The position numbers and the translations under genes are program-made. Below are positions 25,223 to 35,558 of a DNA stretch of 64,000 nt, in pieces. A model generated the notes under the pieces. It was not told where the DNA came from. It saw nothing but the letters and a program-made list of their open reading frames with translations, and made no database searches. The DNA is from Candidatus Azobacteroides sp. Its GTDB lineage: Bacteria; Bacteroidota; Bacteroidia; Bacteroidales; WRGA01. The stretch spans positions 328 to 64,327 of the forward strand of contig WRGA01000119.1 of the NCBI GenBank assembly GCA_009787405.1. Direction: 5' to 3'. The first letter of the stretch is position 1; each line of letters opens with the position of its first letter.

Positions 25223-27478
25223 ATGAAGCATTTTATAATCATTTTTCTGCTTTGTCCTTTGTGGCTTGCAGCCTCCAACGTCAATGACTTTGGAGCCAAA
25301 GGCGATGGTAAAACGTTAAACACAGAATACATCCAAAAAGCCATTGATCAACTGTCCGAAACCGGAGGGGGAGAATTGCTTTTTCCTGCCGGGAAATATC
25401 TTACGGGAACGCTGAAGTTGAAAAGCCATGTTACTCTCCGGCTCTCGAAAGGCGCCATACTATCGGGCAGTACGGATTTGAAAGATTATCCCGTTATCGA
25501 GGTGGGTTACGTGTCGCACATCAACCGTTACACCAACCGATTTCTTATTTATGCCGAAAACGCCGAAAATATTTCTATCACCGGCGAAGGAACCATTGAC
25601 GGGCAGGGTGACGACCCGAATTTCAAAGCCGATATTACCGATGATTTGCTCGGTATCCGTTCGCGGCCTTATGTTATCCGCATGATTTCGTGCAATCATG
25701 TGTATATAGCAGGCATCACCCTGCGAAACTCTCCCTCTTGGATGCAGCATTACCTCCATTGCAGTAATCTCCGGCTCGAAAATTTGCAAATTTTCAGCCA
25801 TGGCAATTACAATAACGATGGCATGGACATCGATAACTGCCGGAATGTCTGTATCACAGGTTGTAACATTGACACGGATGACGATGGTATCTGTTTCAAA
25901 TCGACTAACAGTGGAGATGCCTGTGAAAATGTTGTTGTCTCAAACTGTATTGTCGCCAGTAATTGCAATGCCGTCAAAATAGGTACGGAGACTAACGGTG
26001 GATTCTATAATTTCACGATAAGTAACTGTGTTTTCTGGCGTCCGGAACATCCTACTATTTATCCGCGTCCGCATCGTGCATTGGGCGGTATCGCCTTTTC
26101 AACTGCTGACGGAGCGACGATCGACGGAATCAATATTTCCAACATCAGCATGAACGGTGTGATGACGCCTTTGTTTCTCCACCTTGCCGACAGGGGGCGG
26201 AATTTTTATGATGGCGGTCCTTCGCAACCTCCCGGAACGTTACGCAACATTCAAATAACGAATATTTTTGCCCGCACGGAAGGTCTTGTTGCCGGTTCCA
26301 TCACCGGTTTGCCCGGACATCCGGTAGAAAATATTACGCTGAGTAATATTCACTTTGTTTCTTCCGGCGGCGGCTCTCTCGAAGATGCCCTGCGGCGCAA
26401 TATCCCCGAAAGGGAAAAAGAATATCCCGAAACGTTGAAGTTTTCCGATGTTCCGGCTTACGGACTCTTCATTCGCCATGCCGTCGGTATCACAATGAAT
26501 AATATCCGCCTTGAAGTACTTGGCGCTGATTATCGTAATGCTTTGTATGCCGAAGATGTGAAGCAGCTGGCTTTGTCCGGTTTTACGTTCTCCAATCCTC
26601 AACAGGAAGCGGGTCTGATTACGCTTGATAACGTGCAGAACGCTCAAATATCCGGCAATCGTTCAACCGGGAAAAACAAATACCTGATTCGGATAGAAGG
26701 TGAACATTCGTCCGACATCCGGCAGTTCGACAATCAGATAGCCGATTACAAAAAAGTGGTTTATGATACCCGCCTCCTTAAGATTCTCCTTGCCGGGGAT
26801 TCTACCATGCAGGATGTCGATCACGATAGAAGTCTTGATTGGGGCTGGGGACAGGTATTCTCCTGTTTCTTCAACGACTCCGTCAGTATATTGAACTTTG
26901 CCAAAGGCGGTCGAAGCACCCGTACTTTTATCGGGGAAGGGCTTTGGGATAATCTTATGGCAGAAACTGCGCCCGGTGATTATGTCTTTATCCAATTCGG
27001 ACATAATGATGCCTCGCAAAAGAAAACGGACAGATACACCCCGCCCGAACAGTACCGGCAGTTTCTGGAAAAATTTGTTCGTGAAACTCTTGCCAAAGGC
27101 GCCAATCCGATATTGGTGACACCTGTCGGCCGACGGATATTCAAAAACGGGCAATTGCTTGCTAATACGCACGGTTTGTATCCTGCCGTCGTGAAAGAAG
27201 TGGCGGCGAAAACCGGCGTTCCTTTCATCGACCTTCAGGAAAAAAGCGTCAGGTTAATTGCACAGTATGGGGAAGAAGAAGCTAAAAAAATGTTCGTTTA
27301 CGTCGCTCCGGGCGAAAGCCGCTTATTCCCCGAAGGGAAAGCAGACGATACGCATTTTTCCCGATTCGGCGCCATGCAAATGGCAAGCCTGATTGTAGAA
27401 GGGATTAAAGAATTGCAATTGACTCCATTGGATAGGTTTCTGAAAAATACCGATTTGCAAACTTATTTTACCAAATAG
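25223..27478 (+). CDS. GH28 polygalacturonase-family domain fused to an SGNH/GDSL esterase (rhamnogalacturonan acetylesterase-like)
   Basis: I used the start MKHFIIIFLLCPLWLAA. GH28 blocks are FGAKGDGKT, NDGMDIDNC, DTDDDGICFKS and NAVKIGTE. The C-terminal SGNH blocks are LLAGDSTMQD, GHNDA and DDTHFS. Confidence 0.85.
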   Translation: MKHFIIIFLLCPLWLAASNVNDFGAKGDGKTLNTEYIQKAIDQLSETGGGELLFPAGKYLTGTLKLKSHVTLRLSKGAILSGSTDLKDYPVIEVGYVSHINRYTNRFLIYAENAENISITGEGTIDGQGDDPNFKADITDDLLGIRSRPYVIRMISCNHVYIAGITLRNSPSWMQHYLHCSNLRLENLQIFSHGNYNNDGMDIDNCRNVCITGCNIDTDDDGICFKSTNSGDACENVVVSNCIVASNCNAVKIGTETNGGFYNFTISNCVFWRPEHPTIYPRPHRALGGIAFSTADGATIDGINISNISMNGVMTPLFLHLADRGRNFYDGGPSQPPGTLRNIQITNIFARTEGLVAGSITGLPGHPVENITLSNIHFVSSGGGSLEDALRRNIPEREKEYPETLKFSDVPAYGLFIRHAVGITMNNIRLEVLGADYRNALYAEDVKQLALSGFTFSNPQQEAGLITLDNVQNAQISGNRSTGKNKYLIRIEGEHSSDIRQFDNQIADYKKVVYDTRLLKILLAGDSTMQDVDHDRSLDWGWGQVFSCFFNDSVSILNFAKGGRSTRTFIGEGLWDNLMAETAPGDYVFIQFGHNDASQKKTDRYTPPEQYRQFLEKFVRETLAKGANPILVTPVGRRIFKNGQLLANTHGLYPAVVKEVAAKTGVPFIDLQEKSVRLIAQYGEEEAKKMFVYVAPGESRLFPEGKADDTHFSRFGAMQMASLIVEGIKELQLTPLDRFLKNTDLQTYFTK

Positions 27479-27555
27479 CACACCTTTAAGGGTTGTCTCT
27501 TGGGTATCTTTGACAAAATATATTTTAATTTATTCATTTTATAAACACAGTTATC

Positions 27556-29265
27556 ATGAAAAAAAGTACCATTACGATTTTATTTGCGGCCCTCAGCCTT
27601 ATGCAGGTAAACGCCGCCACATGGGTTGTCAATAACACAGAAGCCATTGCCGAAGGCCCTGCAAGTACAACTGAAGGTTCTTTGAGCTACTGTATCGGTA
27701 ATGCCGCAGACAACGATATTATCGTTTTCGATGCCGGCATGAGCGGACAATCTATTGAGTTCTTATCCGCCGTCAAAGTTGAAAAAAGTTTGACATTCGA
27801 TGCTTCCTCCCTTCTCCTGCCTGTATCTTTCGATGCCAAGGGAAATAATCAAATTATGATGTTGAGCAACTATGCTAACAGGAACAACAACTCTCAGGTC
27901 AATAAGTTTTACAACATCATTTTTAAGAATGGTGCGGCACATGTCGGTGACGAACCTGGAGCTGTCGGCATTTATGCTTCAAAGGTTTATTTTACCGGTT
28001 GTCAATTTCTTAACAATAAATCAGATACAGGAACAGGCCGGCAACCTGGAGCCATTCGTTGCATATCACCCCTTGCTTTTATATATTTCAATAACTGTAT
28101 TTTCAGAGGAAATGAATCTGTCAGGCAAGGCGGGGTCATCAGCGTAGATATTGCTCATGTAGAAATCGACGGATGTTTGTTTGAATCCAATCTGGCCGGT
28201 ATAAGCGGCGCTGCCATAGACATCAAAGGCGGAACCAAATCGGGAGCGAATACTTTTCCTTCTTTAACGATCCGCAACTCAACGTTCTTGAATAATACGG
28301 CAAATGTAGTATCGGGCAAAAGCGCTAACGGCACCGTCATTTGCTGTAATCAAGACAACGGGTATCCGATATATTTGTTCAACAATACGTTTGTCGGCAA
28401 CATGAACAATAACAACAGTAATGCTGCGATATACACGAATGCGGACGACATTTTTATGGGAGGAAATCTTTTCGGCGGTAATAAATACAACGCGGCAAGC
28501 GGAATACAGTATTCAAACGATGTGCGTATCGGCAGCAACAAGAAAATCACCTCCTACGGCTACAATATTTATTACGGTATAATGCCTAACTCGGCAGAAG
28601 AGATGTCATCAACCGACAGAGAATATCGTGCATGGACAGCAGCGCCTTACGTAGAGGCAGTCGCTAATGTTGCAGGAGTATGTGTTCCCAATGAAACGAA
28701 TGGACTTTGGAAAGACTTGAAGGTAATACCTAATGCTTTGTTATGCGAATTTATCGGCGAAAACCCTGTTGACCAGACCGGCGCTCCACGTACCGGCAAG
28801 CTGGGATTTATCGGCGCTTATGAGTTCCCGTCATACGTACTTGAGGTAACCGACGACCGTTTCGCCTCCACTCCCGGAAATGGAGAAACCGTTTATAAAG
28901 CCGGAGAAACCGTTGAATTGAACAACGTAAGCGGAGAATTTGTATCGTGGTACATCAACGGTCAGCACTACACCGACAATCCAAAACAGTTGGTTATGGA
29001 CAATGACTACAGTGTTGCAGCGAATTATGAGCAAATCTCTGCCATAGAAAATATACTGGTTGCCGATGCACAGATTTATCTTTCGGGAACGACCCTTCAG
29101 GTTAAAAACCTGACCGACTCTTCCGTGGTAATTTATTCTATAGGCGGCCAACAGGTAATATCCCAAGTTGTTGTTTCCGGTTCGGGGAGCATTGACTTGA
29201 TAAATCTTCCCCATGGAATATATATTGTGAAAGCCGGTAACCGGGTGAAAAAGATTGTCAGGTGA
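27556..29265 (+). CDS. T9SS-sorted beta-helix repeat protein (second Pmp-like cargo in the PUL)
   Basis: It has a signal peptide and repeats FTGCQFLNNKS, FNNCIFRGNES, IDGCLFESNLA, IRNSTFLNNTA and LFNNTFVGN. The tail reads ...VVIYSIGGQQV...GIYIVKAGNRVKKIVR. Confidence 0.7.
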   Translation: MKKSTITILFAALSLMQVNAATWVVNNTEAIAEGPASTTEGSLSYCIGNAADNDIIVFDAGMSGQSIEFLSAVKVEKSLTFDASSLLLPVSFDAKGNNQIMMLSNYANRNNNSQVNKFYNIIFKNGAAHVGDEPGAVGIYASKVYFTGCQFLNNKSDTGTGRQPGAIRCISPLAFIYFNNCIFRGNESVRQGGVISVDIAHVEIDGCLFESNLAGISGAAIDIKGGTKSGANTFPSLTIRNSTFLNNTANVVSGKSANGTVICCNQDNGYPIYLFNNTFVGNMNNNNSNAAIYTNADDIFMGGNLFGGNKYNAASGIQYSNDVRIGSNKKITSYGYNIYYGIMPNSAEEMSSTDREYRAWTAAPYVEAVANVAGVCVPNETNGLWKDLKVIPNALLCEFIGENPVDQTGAPRTGKLGFIGAYEFPSYVLEVTDDRFASTPGNGETVYKAGETVELNNVSGEFVSWYINGQHYTDNPKQLVMDNDYSVAANYEQISAIENILVADAQIYLSGTTLQVKNLTDSSVVIYSIGGQQVISQVVVSGSGSIDLINLPHGIYIVKAGNRVKKIVR

Positions 29266-29276
29266 TCATTTCATAT

Positions 29277-29315
29277 ACGCCAATGAAAATCCGGTGTTTT
29301 CATTGGCGTATTTTG
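29277..29315 (+). terminator. rho-independent-type terminator closing the PUL structural operon
   Basis: acgccaatgaaaa-tccggtg-ttttcattggcgt forms a 13-bp stem followed by attttg. Confidence 0.7.
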
Positions 29316-29317
29316 AT

Positions 29318-29325
29318 TATTTTTG
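29318..29325 (+). promoter_or_regulatory. TAnnTTTG box (TATTTTTG) upstream of the HTCS gene
   Basis: This is an exact motif match, 25 nt before the ATG at 29350. Confidence 0.3.
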
Positions 29326-29349
29326 ACTTGAATTTCCTTAAATTAAACC

Positions 29350-32300
29350 ATGAACCCACGGATACTGTTTTTTTGTCTGGTTATTTTCTGCCTGAATACA
29401 GCTTCGGTGAAAGGATTCAAGCATCTTGACACCCATAACGGATTAAGTAATAAGAGAACATTTTCCATAGAAAAAGATCGGGCAGGCTTTATGTGGATCT
29501 CTACAAGGGTAGGTGTAGACCGTTATGACGGGCGATATATCAAACAATACAAACTTCTTGATGAAAACTCGAAAGATATTGCCGGTAGAATCAATATGTT
29601 GGCTAAAGATTGCAATGATAACCTCTGGGTATATACCAATAACGGACAAATTTTTCAATACGACATCGACCGCGATGCGTATACACTTCGAATCAATCTT
29701 CCGGAAAAAATCCCCGATGAAAATATTTTTCTGAACGGCATTTATTTTACACGCGATAACCACTTGTTCATTTTAGGTTCGTTTGGGTTGTTGCTGTATC
29801 TGCCCGAATCTGGACAAATACGGGAAATAGAGCCTTACAAGCAATACAATATTTTCTCCATGAAAGAAATCGGAACTTCCAAATATGCCGTTGGCACGCA
29901 GGAAGATTTGTTCATATCCGAGATAAGCGTGAAGGATGGCGGTGTTTCTTGCCGGGAGATTTTTCCGGTGCATTTGCGGGAACGGGTACAATGTATGTAT
30001 TTTGAAGAATTTAACAATACCTTGCTCATCGGAACTTTCAGTGGAAAACTGCTTATGTATGATATTTTCCGGAAAAAACTTTCGGACACCCGATATGATT
30101 TTGGCGAAAGCGTCCGTGATATTGAGAGCTATAACAATACTTTTTTCATTGCCACCGATGGGATAGGAGTGATTCGTATCAACAAGGATAACAAAAAGAT
30201 ACAGGAATCCTACTCTCACTTCAAAGATGAGAAAATGGCCGACCCTCCATATTCCATCTATAATTTGCTGATAGACGATAATCGTCTTTGGATCGCTACT
30301 TATTCCAACGGCATTTATATTTACGACGACAATCTTCCCATGTTCAAACCTATCCGTCCGGAAAAACAGACCCGAAACCCGAATCATTCCGTAGATGCCC
30401 TGTTGGAAGATCGTGACGGAAATATATGGTATGGAACAAACGATGGAGTAAGCAAATATAATGTGTACACGGGGCAGTGGCAACATGTATTGGAAAGCGC
30501 CGGAACAAATAACAAAAAATACAATACCCTTGCGTTATGCGAAGATGATGCGGGACGAATCTGGGCAGGCGGAGCTTCTGCGGTTTGCATCAATCCTGTT
30601 TCCATGCAAATCGACAAATACCTGCAAATTCCGAATACATCCGGCATCGCCCGTCCATATACCATCTTCAATGATTCCGAAGGCATGATATGGTTGGGTG
30701 GTTTGTATTTCCCGCTGACAAAATACAATACGCACACTCAAACGTTCAAACAATATAAAGTAAAATCCGTCAATACCATCGTCGAAACAAACAATACCCT
30801 GATGGCAGGAACGGCGCAGGGATTATATATTTTAGACAAAAACGCAGATGCTTTCGTGGAATTTCTGTCCGTCAAACGCACAGCATCCACTATGCAAAGT
30901 TTTATTAACGCCATCTACGAAGATAGTCAAGGTATTTTGTGGCTGGGAACCGAAGGCGGATTGTTGAAATATGACCGCAAACGTGATTTGCTGGACGTAC
31001 ATACGAAAGACAACGGATTGCCGTCCAACAGCCTTTACAGTATCTTGTCCGACAAAAGGAATCGTTTGTGGATCAGTACGGAATCAGGTCTTTCTTGTTA
31101 TGATCCTGTTTCCATGGAATTTATCAATTTCGGCGTAGAGGAAGGTCTTGTCGACGAGCGTTTCAAAGCGCGTTCCTTTCTCAAAAAACGTAACGGGGAA
31201 CTGATGTACGGAACAACCGGTGGCGCTGTTTGTTTCACCCCCGAAGTTATCGACCGGGTAAATACCAAACATAAATTGTTCATGACCGAATTGAGTATCC
31301 TTTATCAGCCGGTATATCCCCACGAGAAAAATTCGCCGTTGAAGACTACCCTGGAGAATACCGGACGGATACGTCTGAAATATTATCAGAATACATTTTC
31401 TTTTGAGTTCACTTCGATTAACTACACTAATCCTCACGCTTCCCGGTTTGAATGGCGGTTGAAATCTTACGATAAGGAATGGATTAATCAAAAAGACATT
31501 AATACGGCGTTCTATACCAATGTGCCGCCGGGCAGATATACTTTTGAGATTAGATTAGTCAATAAGGACAATCTGAATGTCATTGATTCGAAAAGCATTG
31601 ACGTAGAAATCGCTCCGCCGTTTTGGGAAACCATCGGGGCGAAAATCATCTATTTGTTGTTGCTGTCGGGATTGGGCTGGATTATTATCCAATTTTTCAG
31701 AGCAAAAATGGAAAAAAGAGGGGTTTCTGAAAAGATGGAATTTTTTACTCATACCGCCCATGAATTAAAAACGCCGGTTACTTTAATCAAAGGGCCTTTG
31801 GAAAAACTCCGGGAAAATGACCATTATTGGGGAGAAGACGACAAAATACTCTTGAATTTGGCGGTAAAAAATACAAACAGGCTTTATAAATTAGTCACAC
31901 AAATGCTCGACTTTCAGAAAACGGCTAAAAGTTTTGTCAAATTAACCTTGTCGAAACACGATTTGAACGAATACATGAAAGACAGGTTGGAGCTTTTCCA
32001 ACCATCCGCCCGAAAAAAAGACATTCGTATAACTCTTACCGCCGGAGCATCCATTCCGGTTTGGATTGATGTGGAAAAAACGGATAAAATCATCGGCAAT
32101 CTGTTGTCTAATGCTATTAAATATACTCCTGAGAGAGGAAGCATAGACGTTTCCTTGTCATCCGACAATAAATATTGGAGGATCCAAATTAAGGACAGCG
32201 GCATCGGGATTCCTAAAAAGAATCAAAAAGACATTTTCAAGCCTTTTTTCCGTGCCAAAAATGCCGTTAATTCATCCGAAAACGGTACCGGAATCGGGTT

Positions 32301-33261
32301 GCTGCTGACAAAAAACCTGATACGGTTACATCACGGAGACATCTCTTTTGATAGTGTCGAAGGCAAAGGAAGTATTTTTACGCTTACATTTCCTTGTGGA
32401 AAAAGCCATTTCGATGTCGATAAATGTATATTTTTGGAAGACGAAACGCCGGAAGAGTATCATAGTGACATTGAAGCATCGACAGTTGTGGAAATATCCG
32501 GCAACGATAAAACAACGATCGTAGTGGTGGAAGACAGCCCGGATATGAGAACTTTACTCAAGCAGGAATTGAAGGACAAATATACGGTATTGGAAGCTTC
32601 TAATGGAGAAGAAGCCGTCCGGATGATTAAAAAATCCGACATCGAACTAATCATTTCCGATGTTATGATGCCCGGAATAGACGGCTATGAATTGTGCACC
32701 CGGATTAAGTCGGATAAAGAAACGTCACACATTCCTATCATCCTTCTCACGGTATTGGACGATGTGGAGAATGTGCATAAAGGATATTTGTTGGGAGCTG
32801 ATAATTACATCACCAAACCATTTGACCCGGCCATCCTGAGAATGACTGTTGAAAACACTATTGCCACCAGACAGGCTCTACGGAAAAATTTAGTATTGCC
32901 GTTGGAACAAGACGATGTTCCGGAGGAATTGGATACCAACCCGTTGGATAAAGCGTTCATAGAAGAAGTGATTGCCATCATTGACAAAAATATTAATGAC
33001 AGCGAACTTTCCATTGATGAGATATGCCGGGAAGTGGCGATGAGTCGGTCGTCTTTTTTCAAGAAACTGAAAATCCTGACCAATCAAGGGCCTAACAATT
33101 TTATCCGGACGGTTCGCCTGAATCGCGCCGCTAAAATGCTCAGGGAAAAGAAATATACGATTGCCGAAGTCGCTTATTCCACCGGATTTAACGATGTCAA
33201 ATATTTCAGTACAATATTTAAGAAACATTTTGGGATTAATCCCGGCAAGTATGAGAATTGA
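29350..33261 (+). CDS. hybrid two-component system sensor kinase/response regulator (HTCS) with an AraC-type output
   Basis: It has a periplasmic beta-propeller/Y_Y_Y-like region and a TM segment (IIYLLLLSGLGWIIIQF). Also present are the H-box HTAHELKTP, an HATPase motif (GTGIGLLL), a receiver (VVVEDSPDM...SDVMMPGIDG) and an AraC HTH (STGFNDVKYFSTIFKKHFG). Confidence 0.93.
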   Translation: MNPRILFFCLVIFCLNTASVKGFKHLDTHNGLSNKRTFSIEKDRAGFMWISTRVGVDRYDGRYIKQYKLLDENSKDIAGRINMLAKDCNDNLWVYTNNGQIFQYDIDRDAYTLRINLPEKIPDENIFLNGIYFTRDNHLFILGSFGLLLYLPESGQIREIEPYKQYNIFSMKEIGTSKYAVGTQEDLFISEISVKDGGVSCREIFPVHLRERVQCMYFEEFNNTLLIGTFSGKLLMYDIFRKKLSDTRYDFGESVRDIESYNNTFFIATDGIGVIRINKDNKKIQESYSHFKDEKMADPPYSIYNLLIDDNRLWIATYSNGIYIYDDNLPMFKPIRPEKQTRNPNHSVDALLEDRDGNIWYGTNDGVSKYNVYTGQWQHVLESAGTNNKKYNTLALCEDDAGRIWAGGASAVCINPVSMQIDKYLQIPNTSGIARPYTIFNDSEGMIWLGGLYFPLTKYNTHTQTFKQYKVKSVNTIVETNNTLMAGTAQGLYILDKNADAFVEFLSVKRTASTMQSFINAIYEDSQGILWLGTEGGLLKYDRKRDLLDVHTKDNGLPSNSLYSILSDKRNRLWISTESGLSCYDPVSMEFINFGVEEGLVDERFKARSFLKKRNGELMYGTTGGAVCFTPEVIDRVNTKHKLFMTELSILYQPVYPHEKNSPLKTTLENTGRIRLKYYQNTFSFEFTSINYTNPHASRFEWRLKSYDKEWINQKDINTAFYTNVPPGRYTFEIRLVNKDNLNVIDSKSIDVEIAPPFWETIGAKIIYLLLLSGLGWIIIQFFRAKMEKRGVSEKMEFFTHTAHELKTPVTLIKGPLEKLRENDHYWGEDDKILLNLAVKNTNRLYKLVTQMLDFQKTAKSFVKLTLSKHDLNEYMKDRLELFQPSARKKDIRITLTAGASIPVWIDVEKTDKIIGNLLSNAIKYTPERGSIDVSLSSDNKYWRIQIKDSGIGIPKKNQKDIFKPFFRAKNAVNSSENGTGIGLLLTKNLIRLHHGDISFDSVEGKGSIFTLTFPCGKSHFDVDKCIFLEDETPEEYHSDIEASTVVEISGNDKTTIVVVEDSPDMRTLLKQELKDKYTVLEASNGEEAVRMIKKSDIELIISDVMMPGIDGYELCTRIKSDKETSHIPIILLTVLDDVENVHKGYLLGADNYITKPFDPAILRMTVENTIATRQALRKNLVLPLEQDDVPEELDTNPLDKAFIEEVIAIIDKNINDSELSIDEICREVAMSRSSFFKKLKILTNQGPNNFIRTVRLNRAAKMLREKKYTIAEVAYSTGFNDVKYFSTIFKKHFGINPGKYEN

Positions 33262-33289
33262 TTAAAGCAACATTTAAATTATTTTTTGT

Positions 33290-34630
33290 ATGAAAAATTT
33301 AATAACAATCTGTGTCATTTGTTCTCTCTTTTCTTGTTCTGCCCAGCAAAAAATAGAACAAGAGAAATATTCACAATTGGTGGTGGAAAGCCTTGCTTTG
33401 AAGACGTTCCTGAGTAACACAAAAGAAGAACAATTGGTTACTGCTCATTGGGATTATGTTCCCGGTTTGGTCGCTGTCAGTGTGTTAAAGGCGTGGCAGC
33501 AATATCCGGAGAAAACAGATTATTATGATGCGGTAAAACAGTATGCCGATTATTGTTTACAGGGATCTGATACTGTAAAAGTGAGAGAAAGTAATATTGA
33601 TGACCTTGCTGCGGGTAAAATCTTCTTCACTTTGTATCAGGAAGAAATAAAAAGGGGTAATATTTCCGATGCGACCCGTTATAAGCATTGCGCCACCTAT
33701 TTAAGAAATAAATTGAAGTACAGCCACCGTCGTATTGATGCTTCCAAACCCGGTACGGGTGCATTTTTTCATAAAATGCAATACCCTGATCAGTTGTGGT
33801 TGGACGGTTTGTATATGGGGCCTGCTATGTATGCCGAATGGCAATACAATTTTGGAGAAGAATCGGGATTGGAAGATAATATCGCTTCATGGTCGGATAT
33901 TGCCTTGCAATTTAAGATCATTAATCAATACACTTATAATCCTCAAAAAGGGTTGAACTATCATGTATGGTCAGCCGATCCGACGGATGTAAATTCATTT
34001 TGGGCAAAAAAGAGTAACCCTTATTTGGGATGTTCTCCCGAATTTTGGGGTAGAGGAATGGGGTGGTTTTTTGCAGCTTTGGTTGATGTGTTGGATTTGA
34101 TGCCTAAATCACACCCTGATTATCAGGATTTAAAGAAAATCGTTAATCAAGTTGCGGCCGGATTAGCTAAATATCAGGATCCGGAATCCGGTTGTTGGTA
34201 TCAACTATTACAATACGATGCTGACAAAAGAGGAGATAATGTTGGCGACAAAGTCATTGACGCAACAGGAAAAGAAAAAATCTACAACCAATGCGATAAT
34301 CCTAACTATATAGAATCTTCCGCATCAAGTATGTTTACATACGCATACTTGAAAGGCATCCGAATTGGAGTATTGGATGCCGGAACCTATAAACTGCCGG
34401 GAGAGAAAGCTTATCGAGGATTGATTAAACAATTTATTGTAAGAGAAACAAACGGAAATATTTCTGTCATACAGTCTTGTGCATCGGCGGGATTAGGCCC
34501 TGCAAGCGACTTGTCGCGCACCGGTACTGTAAATTATTATCTTTGCGGAAAAGATATTGCAATTACCAAAAATGAAGGGAAAGCCATCGGGCCGTTTATT
34601 ATGGCAAGTTTAGAGTACGAGCGCCGTTAA
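33290..34630 (+). CDS. GH105-type unsaturated rhamnogalacturonyl/glucuronyl hydrolase (YteR/YesR-like)
   Basis: It has an N-terminal export signal. The blocks WDYVPGLV, DQLWLDGLYMGPAMYAEW, GRGMGWFFAAL and SSASSMFTYAYLKG are typical of the (alpha/alpha)6 GH105/GH88 fold family. Confidence 0.8.
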   Translation: MKNLITICVICSLFSCSAQQKIEQEKYSQLVVESLALKTFLSNTKEEQLVTAHWDYVPGLVAVSVLKAWQQYPEKTDYYDAVKQYADYCLQGSDTVKVRESNIDDLAAGKIFFTLYQEEIKRGNISDATRYKHCATYLRNKLKYSHRRIDASKPGTGAFFHKMQYPDQLWLDGLYMGPAMYAEWQYNFGEESGLEDNIASWSDIALQFKIINQYTYNPQKGLNYHVWSADPTDVNSFWAKKSNPYLGCSPEFWGRGMGWFFAALVDVLDLMPKSHPDYQDLKKIVNQVAAGLAKYQDPESGCWYQLLQYDADKRGDNVGDKVIDATGKEKIYNQCDNPNYIESSASSMFTYAYLKGIRIGVLDAGTYKLPGEKAYRGLIKQFIVRETNGNISVIQSCASAGLGPASDLSRTGTVNYYLCGKDIAITKNEGKAIGPFIMASLEYERR

Positions 34631-34651
34631 AGGCTGCATCAAAAGTAATTT

Positions 34652-34766
34652 AGCACGCAGATGACACAGATTTAACAGGAAAACACAAATGTAAAATTAT
34701 TGATAATCAATATATTACAAAACTTATATTTTGTCTTTCCGGGTAAATCTATGGCATCTGCGTGCT
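34652..34766. repeat. long imperfect inverted repeat between convergent genes (probable bidirectional terminator or repeat element)
   Basis: agcacgcagatgacacagattta (34652-34674) pairs with taaatctatggcatctgcgtgct (34744-34766) at 21 of 23 positions, with a 69-nt spacer. Confidence 0.6.
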
Positions 34767-34793
34767 TTTAAAACAACCTCCACCGTACACCGT

Positions 34794-35525
34794 TTATTGC
34801 AATTCCCTGATTCGTACTTCGATGGCGGGGCTTTCGGTTGCAAGCCGGGTTTTGATTTCTTCGACGTTGGTGTCGCTGTAATGATAAGGATACAAAATGA
34901 CCGGTTTTATCATCTTCGCCGCATGAACGGCCTGATCGACAGTCATGGTGTATGGCTGGTTGACGGGCAGAAATGCGATGTCGATGTTTTTGATGTTGTT
35001 CATTTCCGGAATATCCTCTGTATCACCGGCAATATAAATGCGTAATCCGTCGATGGTCAGAATATAGCCGTTGTCCCGACCTTTCGGATGAAAATGTTCT
35101 CTCCCCGGAGTCGTGTTGTAAGCCGGAACGGCTTCTATACTCAAAAACGGTTCGGGATTGATTTTATCTCCGTTTTTAATGTCGGTTCCTTCTCCCAATT
35201 TGTCGCGGGTGGAAAGATTCAGGATGATTTTCGTATTTTCTTTCTTCAACGTGTCGATGGCATTCGGATCGAAATGATCGGCATGTTCGTGAGTCACCAA
35301 AATCATGTCGGCTTGAGGTTGCAGGCTGTAATTGGTGAACATCGTCACCGGATCCACATAAATCAGGTAACCGTTGTACTTTAGAATCAAGCTGGAGTGT
35401 TTAATGAAAAAAATATCCAGATTCTTTCCTGATTTAGTCTTAAAACTGTCTTTTTCAAAAGTTTGAGCATTCATAGCAATTCCTATTAATAAAAAACATA
35501 AAATAAAATAAATTCTCGCTTTCAT
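34794..35525 (-). CDS. exported metallo-beta-lactamase-fold hydrolase
   Basis: It has a signal peptide (MKARIYFILCFLLIGIAMNAQ) and the motif VTHEHADHFD. Length is 243 aa. Confidence 0.8.
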   Translation of the reverse strand: MKARIYFILCFLLIGIAMNAQTFEKDSFKTKSGKNLDIFFIKHSSLILKYNGYLIYVDPVTMFTNYSLQPQADMILVTHEHADHFDPNAIDTLKKENTKIILNLSTRDKLGEGTDIKNGDKINPEPFLSIEAVPAYNTTPGREHFHPKGRDNGYILTIDGLRIYIAGDTEDIPEMNNIKNIDIAFLPVNQPYTMTVDQAVHAAKMIKPVILYPYHYSDTNVEEIKTRLATESPAIEVRIRELQ

Positions 35526-35558
35526 AATTTAACATTGTATAGTATAAATTGTAAATAA

